Source of the DNA: an uncultured Bdellovibrionales bacterium
Lineage (GTDB): Bacteria > Patescibacteriota > Minisyncoccia > Moranbacterales > GWC2-37-73
Direction of reading: 5' to 3'
Assembly (NCBI GenBank): GCA_964500125.1
Contig: CAZCMV010000002.1
Coordinates: forward strand, 4,173 to 68,172
DNA length: 64,000 nucleotides
Below the pieces are notes generated by a model, which was not told where the DNA came from, did no database searches, and saw nothing but the letters and a program-made list of their open reading frames with translations. A program made the position numbers and the translations under genes. Each line of letters starts with the position of its first letter. Position 1 is the stretch's first letter. Shown in pieces: positions 1 through 10,119 of the stretch.

Positions 1-453
1 AAACAATACTACGCCAGCTCCAATATTTCCCACCAATTTTATCAAAGTAACATCGAAAAGATATCCAATATATCCACCACCAGCTCCGACCTTCGCATGA
101 AAAAGCATATTTTCTTTTTCATAAAAAATATGCAAAAAACCAAGTAAGCTCAAAAAAGCAACGAAAATTCCAATGAGTTTAGATACATAAAAAAGCGTCT
201 CTTTGCGGAATAATAAGATAATTCCAGCACATACAAAAACAACCGGAGCAAACCATTTACCCCAACCAAAAAGCAACCCGGCAATTTGATTAAATAATTT
301 ACCCAATACTCCTGAATTTCCAATAAATCCAAGTACAAAAATAATAGCCAGGGTAAATAATATTACAGCCACGATGCTGCGCTTGACATCCCCTGAGAGT
401 ATTGAAAGAGTTGAATTTTGTTCGTTATTTTGTTGCTTTTTTTTGCGTCCCAT
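1..453 (-). CDS. ftsK: DNA translocase FtsK/SpoIIIE, N-terminal membrane domain (5' part only; gene continues past window start). Not in ORF track because it runs off the edge
   Basis: Own translation of minus strand from ATG at 453..451: MGRKKKQQNNEQNSTLSILSGDVKRSIVAVILFTLAIIFVLGFIG...GAGGGYIGYLF; basic N-terminus, multiple TM helices and GGGxIG motif typical of FtsK/SpoIIIE N-termini. Confidence 0.5.
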   Translation of the reverse strand, partial: MGRKKKQQNNEQNSTLSILSGDVKRSIVAVILFTLAIIFVLGFIGNSGVLGKLFNQIAGLLFGWGKWFAPVVFVCAGIILLFRKETLFYVSKLIGIFVAFLSLLGFLHIFYEKENMLFHAKVGAGGGYIGYLFDVTLIKLVGNIGAGVVLF

Positions 454-467
454 ATGCCATGATTATA

Positions 468-779
468 TCATACATTTGCCTGCCAATCCAGCCCAGAAAG
501 TCTTTTTTTTGGCTGTATATTTAGCATCCGTGAAATAATAAAATTACGCCTTACCTCAATACGATTAGTGGCTAGAAAATATTCCTGTTCCAAGCGAAAT
601 ATCTTGGCATGTTTTACTGCCATTGATCTAGGAAGAGATTCTATTTGTAATTCAATTTGCTGCCTTAATCGATATAATTTTCGCAACCTGGCATCATAAA
701 AAAGCACTAGAGTCACCGCGCCAAGCAAATAGAGCAGGCATGCCAAAATAATAATTGTGATAAATATTTCCAAAAACAT
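468..779 (-). CDS. hypothetical small membrane-anchored protein (103 aa)
   Basis: ORF track; N-terminal hydrophobic helix, no recognisable domain. Confidence 0.3.
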   Translation of the reverse strand: MFLEIFITIIILACLLYLLGAVTLVLFYDARLRKLYRLRQQIELQIESLPRSMAVKHAKIFRLEQEYFLATNRIEVRRNFIISRMLNIQPKKRLSGLDWQANV

Positions 780-899
780 TGCTTATGATTTATAGAAATT
801 TAAAACTCACGCATTCAACTCAAGTAAACAATTATTTGTACATTCAATGTCCCTTTTAGAGTTCGGAATGACAAGATTGCATTTTGTGATTTTATATTC

Positions 900-1559
900 T
901 CAGATGCTAACGAACGACACCGGCAAAACCCGCTTGAACACGCCGGCAACAAATACACTGTCCGTTTCCGAAAGGAATATCGGGTGATGCGTTTCATTGG
1001 TGGAATGCGGAAAAAGTCCGATCACTCCATCACCTGCTTTTTTATATCGCTTAATTGTCGCCATGCCATTGATCACCGCCACCACAATCTTGCCTTCAAA
1101 ATCTTGGTCCGGCTGCGCTTTTTCAAAAATTACATAATCACCATCACTGATATTCTCCTTGTTCATAGAATCTCCAAGTGCCTTGACCGCAAACAACTGC
1201 TCCGGTTTGGTGCGATAGAAAAGACTCTTGGATATTTGCAAAAAATCATCAGCGCCCTCATCGGCATAAGCCAACGCTTCACCGCAGGAAGCCAAACCAT
1301 AGAGTGGAATTGCAAAAACGTTTTGTGCATCGCCATAGTTTTCATTTTCCACCAAATACAACTTGCGCTGCTCATCACGCGTAATCAAATCTTTTTTCTC
1401 CAATGCTTCAATCACTTGCATCACCGATTTCATGCTGTCAGGAATTCCCTTGGATTCAAGATATTTGTGCACACGATAACTTGTCGGCTGCTTTTTAGTA
1501 TTATTGCTCAGCTCTCTGATTGCATCGACAATCATCTTTTGTTTGGAAGTCAATTTCAT
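900..1559 (-). CDS. lexA: LexA-like transcriptional repressor (winged HTH + S24 peptidase domain)
   Basis: Ala-Gly cleavage site region (ASCGEA), Ser nucleophile in GDSM, Lys in ATIKRYKK; size 219 aa. Confidence 0.8.
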   Translation of the reverse strand: MKLTSKQKMIVDAIRELSNNTKKQPTSYRVHKYLESKGIPDSMKSVMQVIEALEKKDLITRDEQRKLYLVENENYGDAQNVFAIPLYGLASCGEALAYADEGADDFLQISKSLFYRTKPEQLFAVKALGDSMNKENISDGDYVIFEKAQPDQDFEGKIVVAVINGMATIKRYKKAGDGVIGLFPHSTNETHHPIFLSETDSVFVAGVFKRVLPVSFVSI

Positions 1560-1565
1560 AAATCC

Positions 1566-1611
1566 TACGAATTACGAATCTATTACGAATATACGAATAA
1601 GCTTCGTAATC
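1566..1611 (-). promoter_or_regulatory. ATTCGTA/TACGAAT heptamer array in lexA leader including inverted repeat TACGAA-N5-TTCGTA; candidate SOS/LexA operator
   Basis: Four direct TACGAAT copies (1566, 1573, 1584, 1592) plus inverted TTCGTAAT at 1604; sits in the 66-bp gap between ORF6N stop and lexA start. Confidence 0.35.
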
Positions 1612-1625
1612 TAAATATTAAAAAA

Positions 1626-2225
1626 TTATTTTTTAGACTTGATAAATTTAGTAGACTTGGTAGGCCTGGTAGGTTTTTTACTTTTACACTTAAATCCTAT
1701 TTCCCTTGTATTTTCAATTTCTCTTGTTTCATTATTATCCTCCAGCAATTTACGAAGTGTATCAAATATAACTTTAAACTTCTTGTTGTAGCTGTCTTCT
1801 AATTTATCCAGTCTGACCCTAAGCTCTTTATTACTGACAATCATCTCACGCAATTTCACGAAAGTCCTTATTATTTGAATATTGACCTCAATCGCCCTGT
1901 CACTATTCAATACACTCGACAACATCGCCACCCCTTGCTCCGTAAACACATACGGCAAATATTTGTAATGCTCGCCTCTTTTTAAGGTCACAAATTGTGA
2001 TCTTAAAGAATGGGCCTCTTCTTTTTTAAGTTGAAACATGAAATCGTTAGGGAATCTTTTTATATTTCTCTTAACAGCCTGATTAAAAACTCTGGTTTCC
2101 ACTCCATAAATAAACGCCAAGTCCTTATCTAGCATCACTCTCCTTCCGCGAATCAAAAATATCTTTTGTTCAATAATTTCCGACGGAAGCAATGTTTTTT
2201 CTTTTTGTATTTTATTATTTCTCAT
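1626..2225 (-). CDS. ORF6N-domain protein (KilA-N/antirepressor-related DNA-binding domain)
   Basis: N-terminal IRGRRVMLDKDLAFIYGVETRVFNQAVKRNIKRFP matches ORF6N signature; co-directional and immediately upstream of lexA. Confidence 0.6.
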   Translation of the reverse strand: MRNNKIQKEKTLLPSEIIEQKIFLIRGRRVMLDKDLAFIYGVETRVFNQAVKRNIKRFPNDFMFQLKKEEAHSLRSQFVTLKRGEHYKYLPYVFTEQGVAMLSSVLNSDRAIEVNIQIIRTFVKLREMIVSNKELRVRLDKLEDSYNKKFKVIFDTLRKLLEDNNETREIENTREIGFKCKSKKPTRPTKSTKFIKSKK

Positions 2226-2542
2226 TTTTTATTTTTCCTTTAACTTTCTTTTAGCTTTTTATTTTCTATTTTATGTTATAAACTTTATAGACTTTTTAAC
2301 TTTTTAAACATAACCAATGTTATTCTATCACTACTGCTTTATCACTGTCAACTCTTTGCCTGTGCATAACTTTTTTCTATTTTTTTGGCTTAAAAAAAGC
2401 AAAAAATAGTAGTAATCTTCTCGTACCACTCTGCAAAAAAACTATTGAAAAATTATTTTAAAAATCTTACCATAATCTTGCTTGGGTTTTCGTCGCCCCA
2501 TATTTCCTTCCCACCCACATTTTCCTTTGCTTTCAAGACACG

Positions 2543-2571
2543 AAAAAAGAGAGCCGAAGCTCTCTTTTTTC
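2543..2571 (-). terminator. rho-independent terminator after rpoC (bidirectional hairpin AGAGAGC-cgaa-GCTCTCT flanked by A/T runs)
   Basis: Perfect 7-bp stem, CGAA loop, T6 on plus and T-run on minus strand. Confidence 0.6.
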
Positions 2572-2621
2572 TATTTGAAACTCGCTTTTCCTGACTAGCT
2601 AACTAGCTAATACCTGAATAG

Positions 2622-5600
2622 CTATTTTCTATACCCCGTTCCTGCAGGAATCAAACGTCCGATGATCACGTTTTCCTTGAGACCGCGGAGTTTGTCATCT
2701 TTGCCGGTAACTGCGGCATTGATCAGCACGCGTGCTGTTTCCTGGAAGGATGCGGCTGAGAGGAAGGATTCGGTTGAAAGGGCTACTTTTGTGATACCCA
2801 TGATCATGATCTCTCCTTCAGCTACCTCGCCACCGTTGGCAATTGCTTCTTCATTAGCTTCATTGAATTGATCGCGTTCCACGATGTCTCCTGGCAAAAG
2901 ATCAGTATCACCAGGATTGAGAATCTTGACGCGGCTGAACATCTGGCGGATCACTACTTCAATGTGCTTGTCATTAATTCCTTCACCTTGTGATGCATAA
3001 ATCTCTTGGATTTCGCGGATGATGTAGCGATGGACTTCTTCCTGTCCCATGGTTTGATATAGTTTCTTGAGGTCGATGTGTCCTTCATTGATTTGCGTTC
3101 CCTTGCCCACAAGTTGTCCTTTGCTCACCAAAATGGTTGAGCCGGCAGGCACGAGATAATCAACATCTTCCTGTTTCTTGCCTTGGGTTTGGATGCGCAC
3201 TGTCACCGTCTTCTTGTTCTCATTGATGATGTCGGTAACCACACCGTCCACTTCGGAAATAATCGCTTCACCTTTCGGCGGACGACATTCGAAGATTTCT
3301 TCCACACGTGGAAGACCTTGCGTAATGTCAGATCCAGCAACACCTCCGATATGGAACGTACGCATCGTCAACTGCGTTCCTGGTTCACCGATAGCCTGTG
3401 CGGCCACCGTTCCCACGGCTTGTCCAATTGCCACAATATCACTGCGTCCCAAGTCAACACCATAGCATTTCTGACAAACACCACGACGTGTCTTGCAAGT
3501 TGCTACACTACGGATCTTCACTTTCTCCACATTTGCTTTTTCAATTTCCTTAGCTTCTTCCTTGGTCACACATTTGCCTTTCTTTGCCAGAACTTCTCCC
3601 TTTTCATTTTTCACATCTTCAACAGTGAAACGTCCTTCCACGCGAGCAGCAAAACTTTGACCAATCTTATCGGAATCTGCTTTATATAGATATGCGCCTT
3701 CTTTGTCGCCACAATCTTCTTCACGCACAATGATATCTTGCGCCACATCAACCAAACGACGAGTGAGATATCCAGCAGTAGCAGTACGGAGAGCGGTGTC
3801 GGCCATACCTTTACGTGCACCGTGAGTCGAAATGAAATATTCCAACACGTTGAAACCTTCTTTGAAGGAGCTCTTTACCGGCAGTTCGATCGTTTCACCG
3901 GTCGGTCCTGCCACCAAGCCCTTCATACCCATCATCTGCACTACTACCGATTCGGATCCGCGAGCTTTGGAATGAACCATGGAATAAACAGGTCCTTCTT
4001 TGTCAAGTGAAGCGCTAACCACATCCGCGATTTGATTCTTCGCGCGATTCCATACTTCCACAGCGCGGCTCTTGCGTTCTTCTTCGGTCAAAAGACCCAT
4101 GTTGTATTGCTGATTGATTGCTTCCACATCAGCTTCCGCTTTTTTCATGATGTCATATTTCTCTTCCGGCACTTTGAGATCATCCATACCCCAACTGATA
4201 CCACTGCGTCCAGCCATGCGGAATCCCAAATGTTTGATACGATCAATGAATTGCGCCGTCTTCTCCTGACCATACATGCTCAAAACCTTAGCCACCAAAA
4301 CTTTCAAATCCTTCTTGGTCATTTCTTCATTCACAAAGCGCAGCTCTTCCGGTACGATGTCGTTAAGTAGCACGCGTCCGGCGGAAGTTTCAATCATTTG
4401 ACCATCCCAAAGCATCTTTATTTTTGCATTGATAGCAATGATGCCCGATTGGAAAGCCAGAATAACTTCTTCCATCGAAGAGAACGCCTTGTCTTCACCC
4501 TTCAAGCCATCTTTCGTGTGAGTCATGTAATATGCACCAAGCACAATATCTTGCGACGGCACAGCAATCGGTTCTCCCGAAGCAGGCTTGAGCAAGTTCT
4601 TTGCAGAGAGCATCACGTTGCGGCTTTCTTCACGCGCTTGATCCGTGAGAGGCACATGCACAGCCATCTGGTCACCGTCGAAGTCTGCATTGAACGCGGC
4701 ACATACCATTGGATGTACTTGAATAGCTTTTCCTTCGATCAATACTGGCTGAAATGCCTGGATCGATAAACGGTGCAGGGTTGGGGCGCGGTTCAAAAGT
4801 ACATAGTGATGCTCGATGATTTCGTCGAGGATTTCATATGCTTCTTCCGCTTCCGCATCCACCATACGACCAGCGGTGCGAACATTATGTGCAAATTCTT
4901 TTTCGATAAGTTTGTTGATAATGAACGGCTTGAAAAGTTCAAGCGCCATTTTCTTCGGCAGACCGCATTGATGAAGCTTAAGCTGCGGACCAACCACAAT
5001 CACACTACGACCAGAATAGTCCACACGTTTTCCGAGCAAGTTCTGACGGAAGCGTCCTTGCTTTCCTTTTAGCGCATCAGCTAGTGATCGCAATGCTCTT
5101 CTTTGTCCTGTGGAAGCAGCTACACTAGCCTGTCCCTTGCGAGCACTATTGTCAAAAAGTGCGTCCACCGCTTCTTGCAGCATACGTTTTTCATTGCGAG
5201 TAATAACCTCCGGTGCACCAAGCTCCATTAATTTTTTGAGACGATTATTGCGATTGATAATACGACGATAGAGATCGTTAAGATCAGAAGTTGCAAAACG
5301 TCCTCCGTCGAGCGCAACCATCGGACGAAGATCTGGCGGAATAACTGGAATAGCCTTAAGCAACATCCATTCTAGCTTAAGGCCAGCTTTTTGAAATCCC
5401 TGAAGCAATTTCAAACGTTTGAAAGCTTTTTTGCGATCTGTCACTTCATCATTATCCAGTTCAGTTTTGATTTGCTTGATAGCTTTCTCAACATCCATTT
5501 TCTCCAAAATTTCGCGAATCGCTTCGGAACCAATACCGGCAGAGAAAACCTGTCCAAAACGAGTGGAAAGATTGAAATATTCAAGTTCGGAAAGAATCTG

Positions 5601-6200
5601 CAGCGGCTTAAGATTTTTGAGTTCTTCCTTGAGGCCGCGATATTGTTCCTTGAGTTCTTCCAATACTTCGTCGGTTGAGCCAACACGATCCACTTTACCA
5701 CCTTTCACTTCTTTCTGTTTGGTCTTATATTCTGCCTCCAATTGATCCAAAACCGAAGTGCGGATTTTCTCATCAACATTTTTCACAATATAAGAAGAGA
5801 AATAAACAACCTTTTCCAAACTTTGCAAAGAAACTCCCAGTGCCAAACCGATTTTGGAAGGTACGCCACGTAAAAACCAAATGTGCGAAACCGGCACAGC
5901 CAAACTAATATGACCCATGCGTTCGCGACGCACGATAGAGCGAGTCACCTCCACGCCGCATTTGTCACAGACAATACCTTTATAACGAATACGTTTATAT
6001 TTTCCACAATAACATTCCCAGTCCTTGGAAGGTCCGAAAATCTTTTCACAGAAAAGTCCGTCTTTTTCATATCGCTGAGTACGATAATTGATAGTCTCCG
6101 GCTTGGTTACTTCTCCGTGCGACCAATTGGTGATGTCTTCAGGACTTGCCAGCTTAAGACGCACGCTGTTGAAATCACTTACCTTTGTAATATTTTCCAT
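2622..6200 (-). CDS. rpoC: DNA-directed RNA polymerase subunit beta'
   Basis: 1192 aa; N-terminal zinc-binding [30 protein letters not shown] catalytic motif. Confidence 0.97.
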   Translation of the reverse strand: MENITKVSDFNSVRLKLASPEDITNWSHGEVTKPETINYRTQRYEKDGLFCEKIFGPSKDWECYCGKYKRIRYKGIVCDKCGVEVTRSIVRRERMGHISLAVPVSHIWFLRGVPSKIGLALGVSLQSLEKVVYFSSYIVKNVDEKIRTSVLDQLEAEYKTKQKEVKGGKVDRVGSTDEVLEELKEQYRGLKEELKNLKPLQILSELEYFNLSTRFGQVFSAGIGSEAIREILEKMDVEKAIKQIKTELDNDEVTDRKKAFKRLKLLQGFQKAGLKLEWMLLKAIPVIPPDLRPMVALDGGRFATSDLNDLYRRIINRNNRLKKLMELGAPEVITRNEKRMLQEAVDALFDNSARKGQASVAASTGQRRALRSLADALKGKQGRFRQNLLGKRVDYSGRSVIVVGPQLKLHQCGLPKKMALELFKPFIINKLIEKEFAHNVRTAGRMVDAEAEEAYEILDEIIEHHYVLLNRAPTLHRLSIQAFQPVLIEGKAIQVHPMVCAAFNADFDGDQMAVHVPLTDQAREESRNVMLSAKNLLKPASGEPIAVPSQDIVLGAYYMTHTKDGLKGEDKAFSSMEEVILAFQSGIIAINAKIKMLWDGQMIETSAGRVLLNDIVPEELRFVNEEMTKKDLKVLVAKVLSMYGQEKTAQFIDRIKHLGFRMAGRSGISWGMDDLKVPEEKYDIMKKAEADVEAINQQYNMGLLTEEERKSRAVEVWNRAKNQIADVVSASLDKEGPVYSMVHSKARGSESVVVQMMGMKGLVAGPTGETIELPVKSSFKEGFNVLEYFISTHGARKGMADTALRTATAGYLTRRLVDVAQDIIVREEDCGDKEGAYLYKADSDKIGQSFAARVEGRFTVEDVKNEKGEVLAKKGKCVTKEEAKEIEKANVEKVKIRSVATCKTRRGVCQKCYGVDLGRSDIVAIGQAVGTVAAQAIGEPGTQLTMRTFHIGGVAGSDITQGLPRVEEIFECRPPKGEAIISEVDGVVTDIINENKKTVTVRIQTQGKKQEDVDYLVPAGSTILVSKGQLVGKGTQINEGHIDLKKLYQTMGQEEVHRYIIREIQEIYASQGEGINDKHIEVVIRQMFSRVKILNPGDTDLLPGDIVERDQFNEANEEAIANGGEVAEGEIMIMGITKVALSTESFLSAASFQETARVLINAAVTGKDDKLRGLKENVIIGRLIPAGTGYRK

Positions 6201-6241
6201 AAGTTTATTTATTGAATGATAATCGTCAGATTAATTAATTA

Positions 6242-9200
6242 TTAGATCTGATCAATATCTTCTTCGGGCTTGTTTTCTTCCTCTTCTTCGTCAGAAGATT
6301 CCGCAAGCTTGGAGCCGACCAATTCCACATCCAAGCAAAGTCCTTTAAGTTCATTAACCAGCACATGGAAAGATGCCGGAATGTTTGGACTCTTGATTTT
6401 TTCGCCCTTAATTATTGATTCATATGCTTTGCTGCGTCCGAGCACATCGTCTGATTTGATGGTCAACATTTCTTGCAAGGTATAAGCTGCGCCATAACCT
6501 TCCAAAGCCCACACTTCCATTTCTCCGAAGCGCTGTCCACCAAACTGTGCCTTACCGCCAAGCGGCTGCTGAGTGATCAAGGAGTATGGTCCGATCGAAC
6601 GCATGTGAATCTTGTCTTCCACCAAGTGGTTCAGTTTCATCACATACATCACACCGACCGTTGTTTCATTATCAAAATATTCACCTGTCTTTCCGTCGAT
6701 CAAACGAACCTTGCCGCTTTCCGGAAGTCCGGCTGCGCGCAATTCTTCTTTAATCTGATCTTCCGTCACTCCCTCAAGCACAGGAGTTGCTGCTTTATAG
6801 CCAAGTTTCAAAGCGGCCCAACCAAGATGAGTTTCCAAAATCTGACCGATATTCATACGACTGGCCACGCCCAATGGATTAAGAATCACATCAACCGGTG
6901 TTCCATCAGGTAGATATGGCATATCTTCAATCGGTGCAATGCGAGAGATCACACCTTTGTTTCCATGACGTCCAGCAAGCTTGTCACCCACTGATACCTT
7001 ACGCAATTGTGCCATTGAAACTTGAATTTGTTTGATCACACCTGTCGGCAACTTGTCGCCTTGTTCGCGAGAAAGAATCTTGATATCCACGATCTTTCCG
7101 TGCTCACCGTGCGGCAGATAGAGTGAAGAGTCCTTCACGTCTTTGGATTTTTCACCAAAGATCGCGCGAAGCAATCTTTCTTCCGGTGTTAAATCTCCTT
7201 CACCTTTCGGAGTAATCTTACCAATCAAAATATCTCCGGAAGAAACTTCCGCACCGATGCGGATAATTCCGGTTTCATCAAGATTCTTGAGGCGTTCTTC
7301 ACCAATGTTCGGAATATCGCGCGTCACGACTTCGCTTCCGAGTTTAGTGTCACGTACGTCAATAGAGAAATCTTCAATATGAATCGAACTGTAACGATCT
7401 TCTTGCAACAGTCTTTCCGAAAGGATAATAGCATCTTCAAAGTTGTAGCCGTCCCACGGAATGAAAGCCACCACCATATTTTGTCCAAGTGCCAATTCAC
7501 CGTTGTCAGTTGCCGCGCCATCGGCCAGAAGGTCGCCTTTCTTAACCATTTGTCCTTTGGTTACACGTGGCGCTTGACTCATGCTAGTGAAAGCATTTGA
7601 TTTCTGAAAGCTTTGCAGCACATATTCGCGTTTGATGTGGTCTTTCTTTACTCCTGCAGGCGCTTGTTCCTTAACCACTATGTGCGCTGCATCCACTTCA
7701 ATCACTTCACCATCATTAGCAGCAAGCACTACCTGTCCGGAGTCACCGGCAGCTTTGTCTTCGATACCGGTTCCCACAATTGGAGATTGTGGCACGATAC
7801 AAGGCACTGCCTGACGTTGCATGTTTGAACCCATCAGCGCGCGGTTGGCATCATCGTGTTCCAAAAACGGAATCAAGGATGTTGCTACCGAAATGCACTG
7901 TTTGGCACTTACATCTAAATAGGTAAGACTTTGTGCTTCAATCATTTCAGGATGTCCTTTCACGCGAGCTTCCACAAACTCTTCTAAAATATTGTAATTC
8001 TCATCCATATCAATACAAGCGTGACCGATAATATTGCGATCTTCCACTGTCGCATTGATATATTCTACTTCGCGAGTCACATATGGTTTGATGCGAACTT
8101 CCTGGCTTCTAGATTTTGCCAATTTCTTGGCCATATCCGCATTGATCTTTTCGCTAGCCTTGCCCACACCGGAGACATCTTCCGCCAAAATACGATTTTC
8201 CAAATCCTTACTGTCGCTTGGCATCGAAGTCAACACCTTTATATATGGGGTTTCCAAGAAACCAAATTCGTTGACACGTGCATAAGTGGACATGTGTCCC
8301 ACCAAACCAATGTTCGGACCTTCCGGAGTTTCCACCGGGCAAATGCGACCATAATGTGAATGATGCACATCACGCACTTCAAATCCAGCACGCTCTCTTG
8401 TAAGTCCTCCCGGACCCATCGCAGACAAAAGACGCTTATGTTCCAATTCAGCCAACGGATTTACTTGATCCATAAACTGTGAAAGTTGAGAACTAGAAAA
8501 GAATTCTTTGATCGCAGCAGCTACCGGGCGAGAATTGATCAGTTGTCCTGGCACTACGGTTGCCACATCGCAAGTACTCATACGATCTTTGATGTTGCGA
8601 GCCATACGAGCCATACCGATGCGCAGCTTGTTTTGAATAAGTTCACCCACTCCGCGCACGCGACGATTGCCCAAGTGATCAATATCATCAGCGATCGCCA
8701 TCGGATCATTATTAAGACGAATGATTTCTTTGATAATCAGAATCAAATCATCCATGCGCAAGATACGGTTTTCTTCGCTGTCCGCACGATCCACTAGCAA
8801 ACGCTGATTCAAACGATAACGTCCCACGCTACCGAAGTCATATTTTTCAAAATTGAAGAACATCGATTCGACCAATTGTTTGGCATTTTCTTCGGTTGCC
8901 AAATCTCCCGGACGAATACGCTTATATATTTCCTTAAATCCTTCACCCTGATTCTTGGTGATATCTTTGGAAAGAGTGGTCTCAATAAATTTAACCTCGC
9001 CGTTATCAATATCCGCAAAAGCCGCCAAAATTTCTTCGTCTTTTTGCATACCAAAAGCACGCAGCAGCGCCGTAATCGGCACTTTGCGTTTTCTGTCAAT
9101 ACGTACGGAAACCACTCCATCAAGCGCCGTATCTATTTCCAACCATGCGCCACGGTTTGGAATAATTTTGGCACCGAACAATTTCTTGCCGCGCTGATAT

Positions 9201-9673
9201 TCCATATTGAAGAATACTCCGGAGCTGCGGATCAGCTGACTTACTACCACACGTTCCACACCATTGATCACGAATGTGCCACGCTCAGTCATTACTGGAA
9301 AGTCACCCAAATAAATTTCCTGCTCTTTCACTTCGCCGGTTTTCTTGATAGTCAACCTAGCCTTAGCGCGAAGCGGTGCTTCGTAGGAAATGTTTTTATT
9401 CCTTGCAATTGCCTCGTCGTATTTCGGTTCATCGAGGTAATAATCTACTATAGAGAGTTCCAAATCCTTGCCGGTGAAATCACCGATCGGATTAACCTCG
9501 TCCAAAAGTTCCTTAATACCCTTATCGAGCACCCATTTGTACGAGTCGATCTGCGCTTCGATAAGATTCGGCAACGAGACCATAAGCTGTTTCTTGAAAA
9601 ACTTTCGACGCGATAGCGACGACGAAGGAGAATAGGACTCCTTCACTTTGAGGGTCTTTTTTTCTTGAGACAT
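6242..9673 (-). CDS. rpoB: DNA-directed RNA polymerase subunit beta (start chosen at MSQEKK with SD GAGAGGTG; ORF track extends to 9688)
   Basis: ~1143 aa, conserved rpoB blocks throughout; rpoB-rpoC adjacency. Confidence 0.95.
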   Translation of the reverse strand: MSQEKKTLKVKESYSPSSSLSRRKFFKKQLMVSLPNLIEAQIDSYKWVLDKGIKELLDEVNPIGDFTGKDLELSIVDYYLDEPKYDEAIARNKNISYEAPLRAKARLTIKKTGEVKEQEIYLGDFPVMTERGTFVINGVERVVVSQLIRSSGVFFNMEYQRGKKLFGAKIIPNRGAWLEIDTALDGVVSVRIDRKRKVPITALLRAFGMQKDEEILAAFADIDNGEVKFIETTLSKDITKNQGEGFKEIYKRIRPGDLATEENAKQLVESMFFNFEKYDFGSVGRYRLNQRLLVDRADSEENRILRMDDLILIIKEIIRLNNDPMAIADDIDHLGNRRVRGVGELIQNKLRIGMARMARNIKDRMSTCDVATVVPGQLINSRPVAAAIKEFFSSSQLSQFMDQVNPLAELEHKRLLSAMGPGGLTRERAGFEVRDVHHSHYGRICPVETPEGPNIGLVGHMSTYARVNEFGFLETPYIKVLTSMPSDSKDLENRILAEDVSGVGKASEKINADMAKKLAKSRSQEVRIKPYVTREVEYINATVEDRNIIGHACIDMDENYNILEEFVEARVKGHPEMIEAQSLTYLDVSAKQCISVATSLIPFLEHDDANRALMGSNMQRQAVPCIVPQSPIVGTGIEDKAAGDSGQVVLAANDGEVIEVDAAHIVVKEQAPAGVKKDHIKREYVLQSFQKSNAFTSMSQAPRVTKGQMVKKGDLLADGAATDNGELALGQNMVVAFIPWDGYNFEDAIILSERLLQEDRYSSIHIEDFSIDVRDTKLGSEVVTRDIPNIGEERLKNLDETGIIRIGAEVSSGDILIGKITPKGEGDLTPEERLLRAIFGEKSKDVKDSSLYLPHGEHGKIVDIKILSREQGDKLPTGVIKQIQVSMAQLRKVSVGDKLAGRHGNKGVISRIAPIEDMPYLPDGTPVDVILNPLGVASRMNIGQILETHLGWAALKLGYKAATPVLEGVTEDQIKEELRAAGLPESGKVRLIDGKTGEYFDNETTVGVMYVMKLNHLVEDKIHMRSIGPYSLITQQPLGGKAQFGGQRFGEMEVWALEGYGAAYTLQEMLTIKSDDVLGRSKAYESIIKGEKIKSPNIPASFHVLVNELKGLCLDVELVGSKLAESSDEEEEENKPEEDIDQI

Positions 9674-9921
9674 AAAAACACCTCTCATTGGAATTCCCTG
9701 GCTTCGAAAATTTCTTGGAAGCAGGAAAGCATCTCAATGAGCTTAGTTATTAGCGCTTATTTATTTATTGAATTGTAGATTCGCCATTCCCCTTGACACA
9801 TTTTCACCCGAAAATGGGCGAGATATAAGAATTGCAAAAGTGAAGTATTTCAGTCCTAAATCGTGAATGTATAAACAATCTATCAGTTTTTTTTGGCCCT
9901 GTCAAGCCTTGACCTCAATCT

Positions 9922-9941
9922 GTTATCCAAAGTTATCCACA
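9922..9941 (+). promoter_or_regulatory. tandem DnaA-box-like pair TTATCCAAA-G-TTATCCACA
   Basis: Exact 9-mer consensus TTATCCACA at 9933..9941 preceded by one-mismatch copy one helical turn upstream. Confidence 0.4.
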
Positions 9942-9967
9942 GGTTGTTAACATTTACCATATTTCCC

Positions 9968-9995
9968 TTGACAACCGTTTTTTTTGGCGTATTCT
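9968..9995 (+). promoter_or_regulatory. sigma70-like promoter (TTGACA-16 bp-TATTCT) for M23 peptidase gene
   Basis: -35 TTGACA 9968..9973, -10 TATTCT 9990..9995; followed by strong SD AAGGAGGTG at ~10019. Confidence 0.45.
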
Positions 9996-10119
9996 GGGAT
10001 CTTGTTGTTTAAAAATCCAAAAGGAGGTGGTGGGAATGGAGATTGGATGAATTTGCTTCTGTCTAAGGAAAAATCACTGAAAGACTTACACCAAATACCG
10101 GTTCGAAAAGGAGAAAACA

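Noticed and set aside
900-2225. LexA/ORF6N (and the ImmA-like gene at 25.8 kb) as parts of a prophage
   Set aside because: There is no integrase, terminase, capsid or tail gene and no att-like duplication. The flanking genes are core housekeeping genes.
2662-9616. Numerous 60-250-aa ORFs on the plus strand inside rpoC and rpoB (e.g. 3183..3689, 8876..9616)
   Set aside because: They are antisense to well-conserved long genes. Their composition is low-complexity and they lack start contexts, so they are frame-shadow artefacts.
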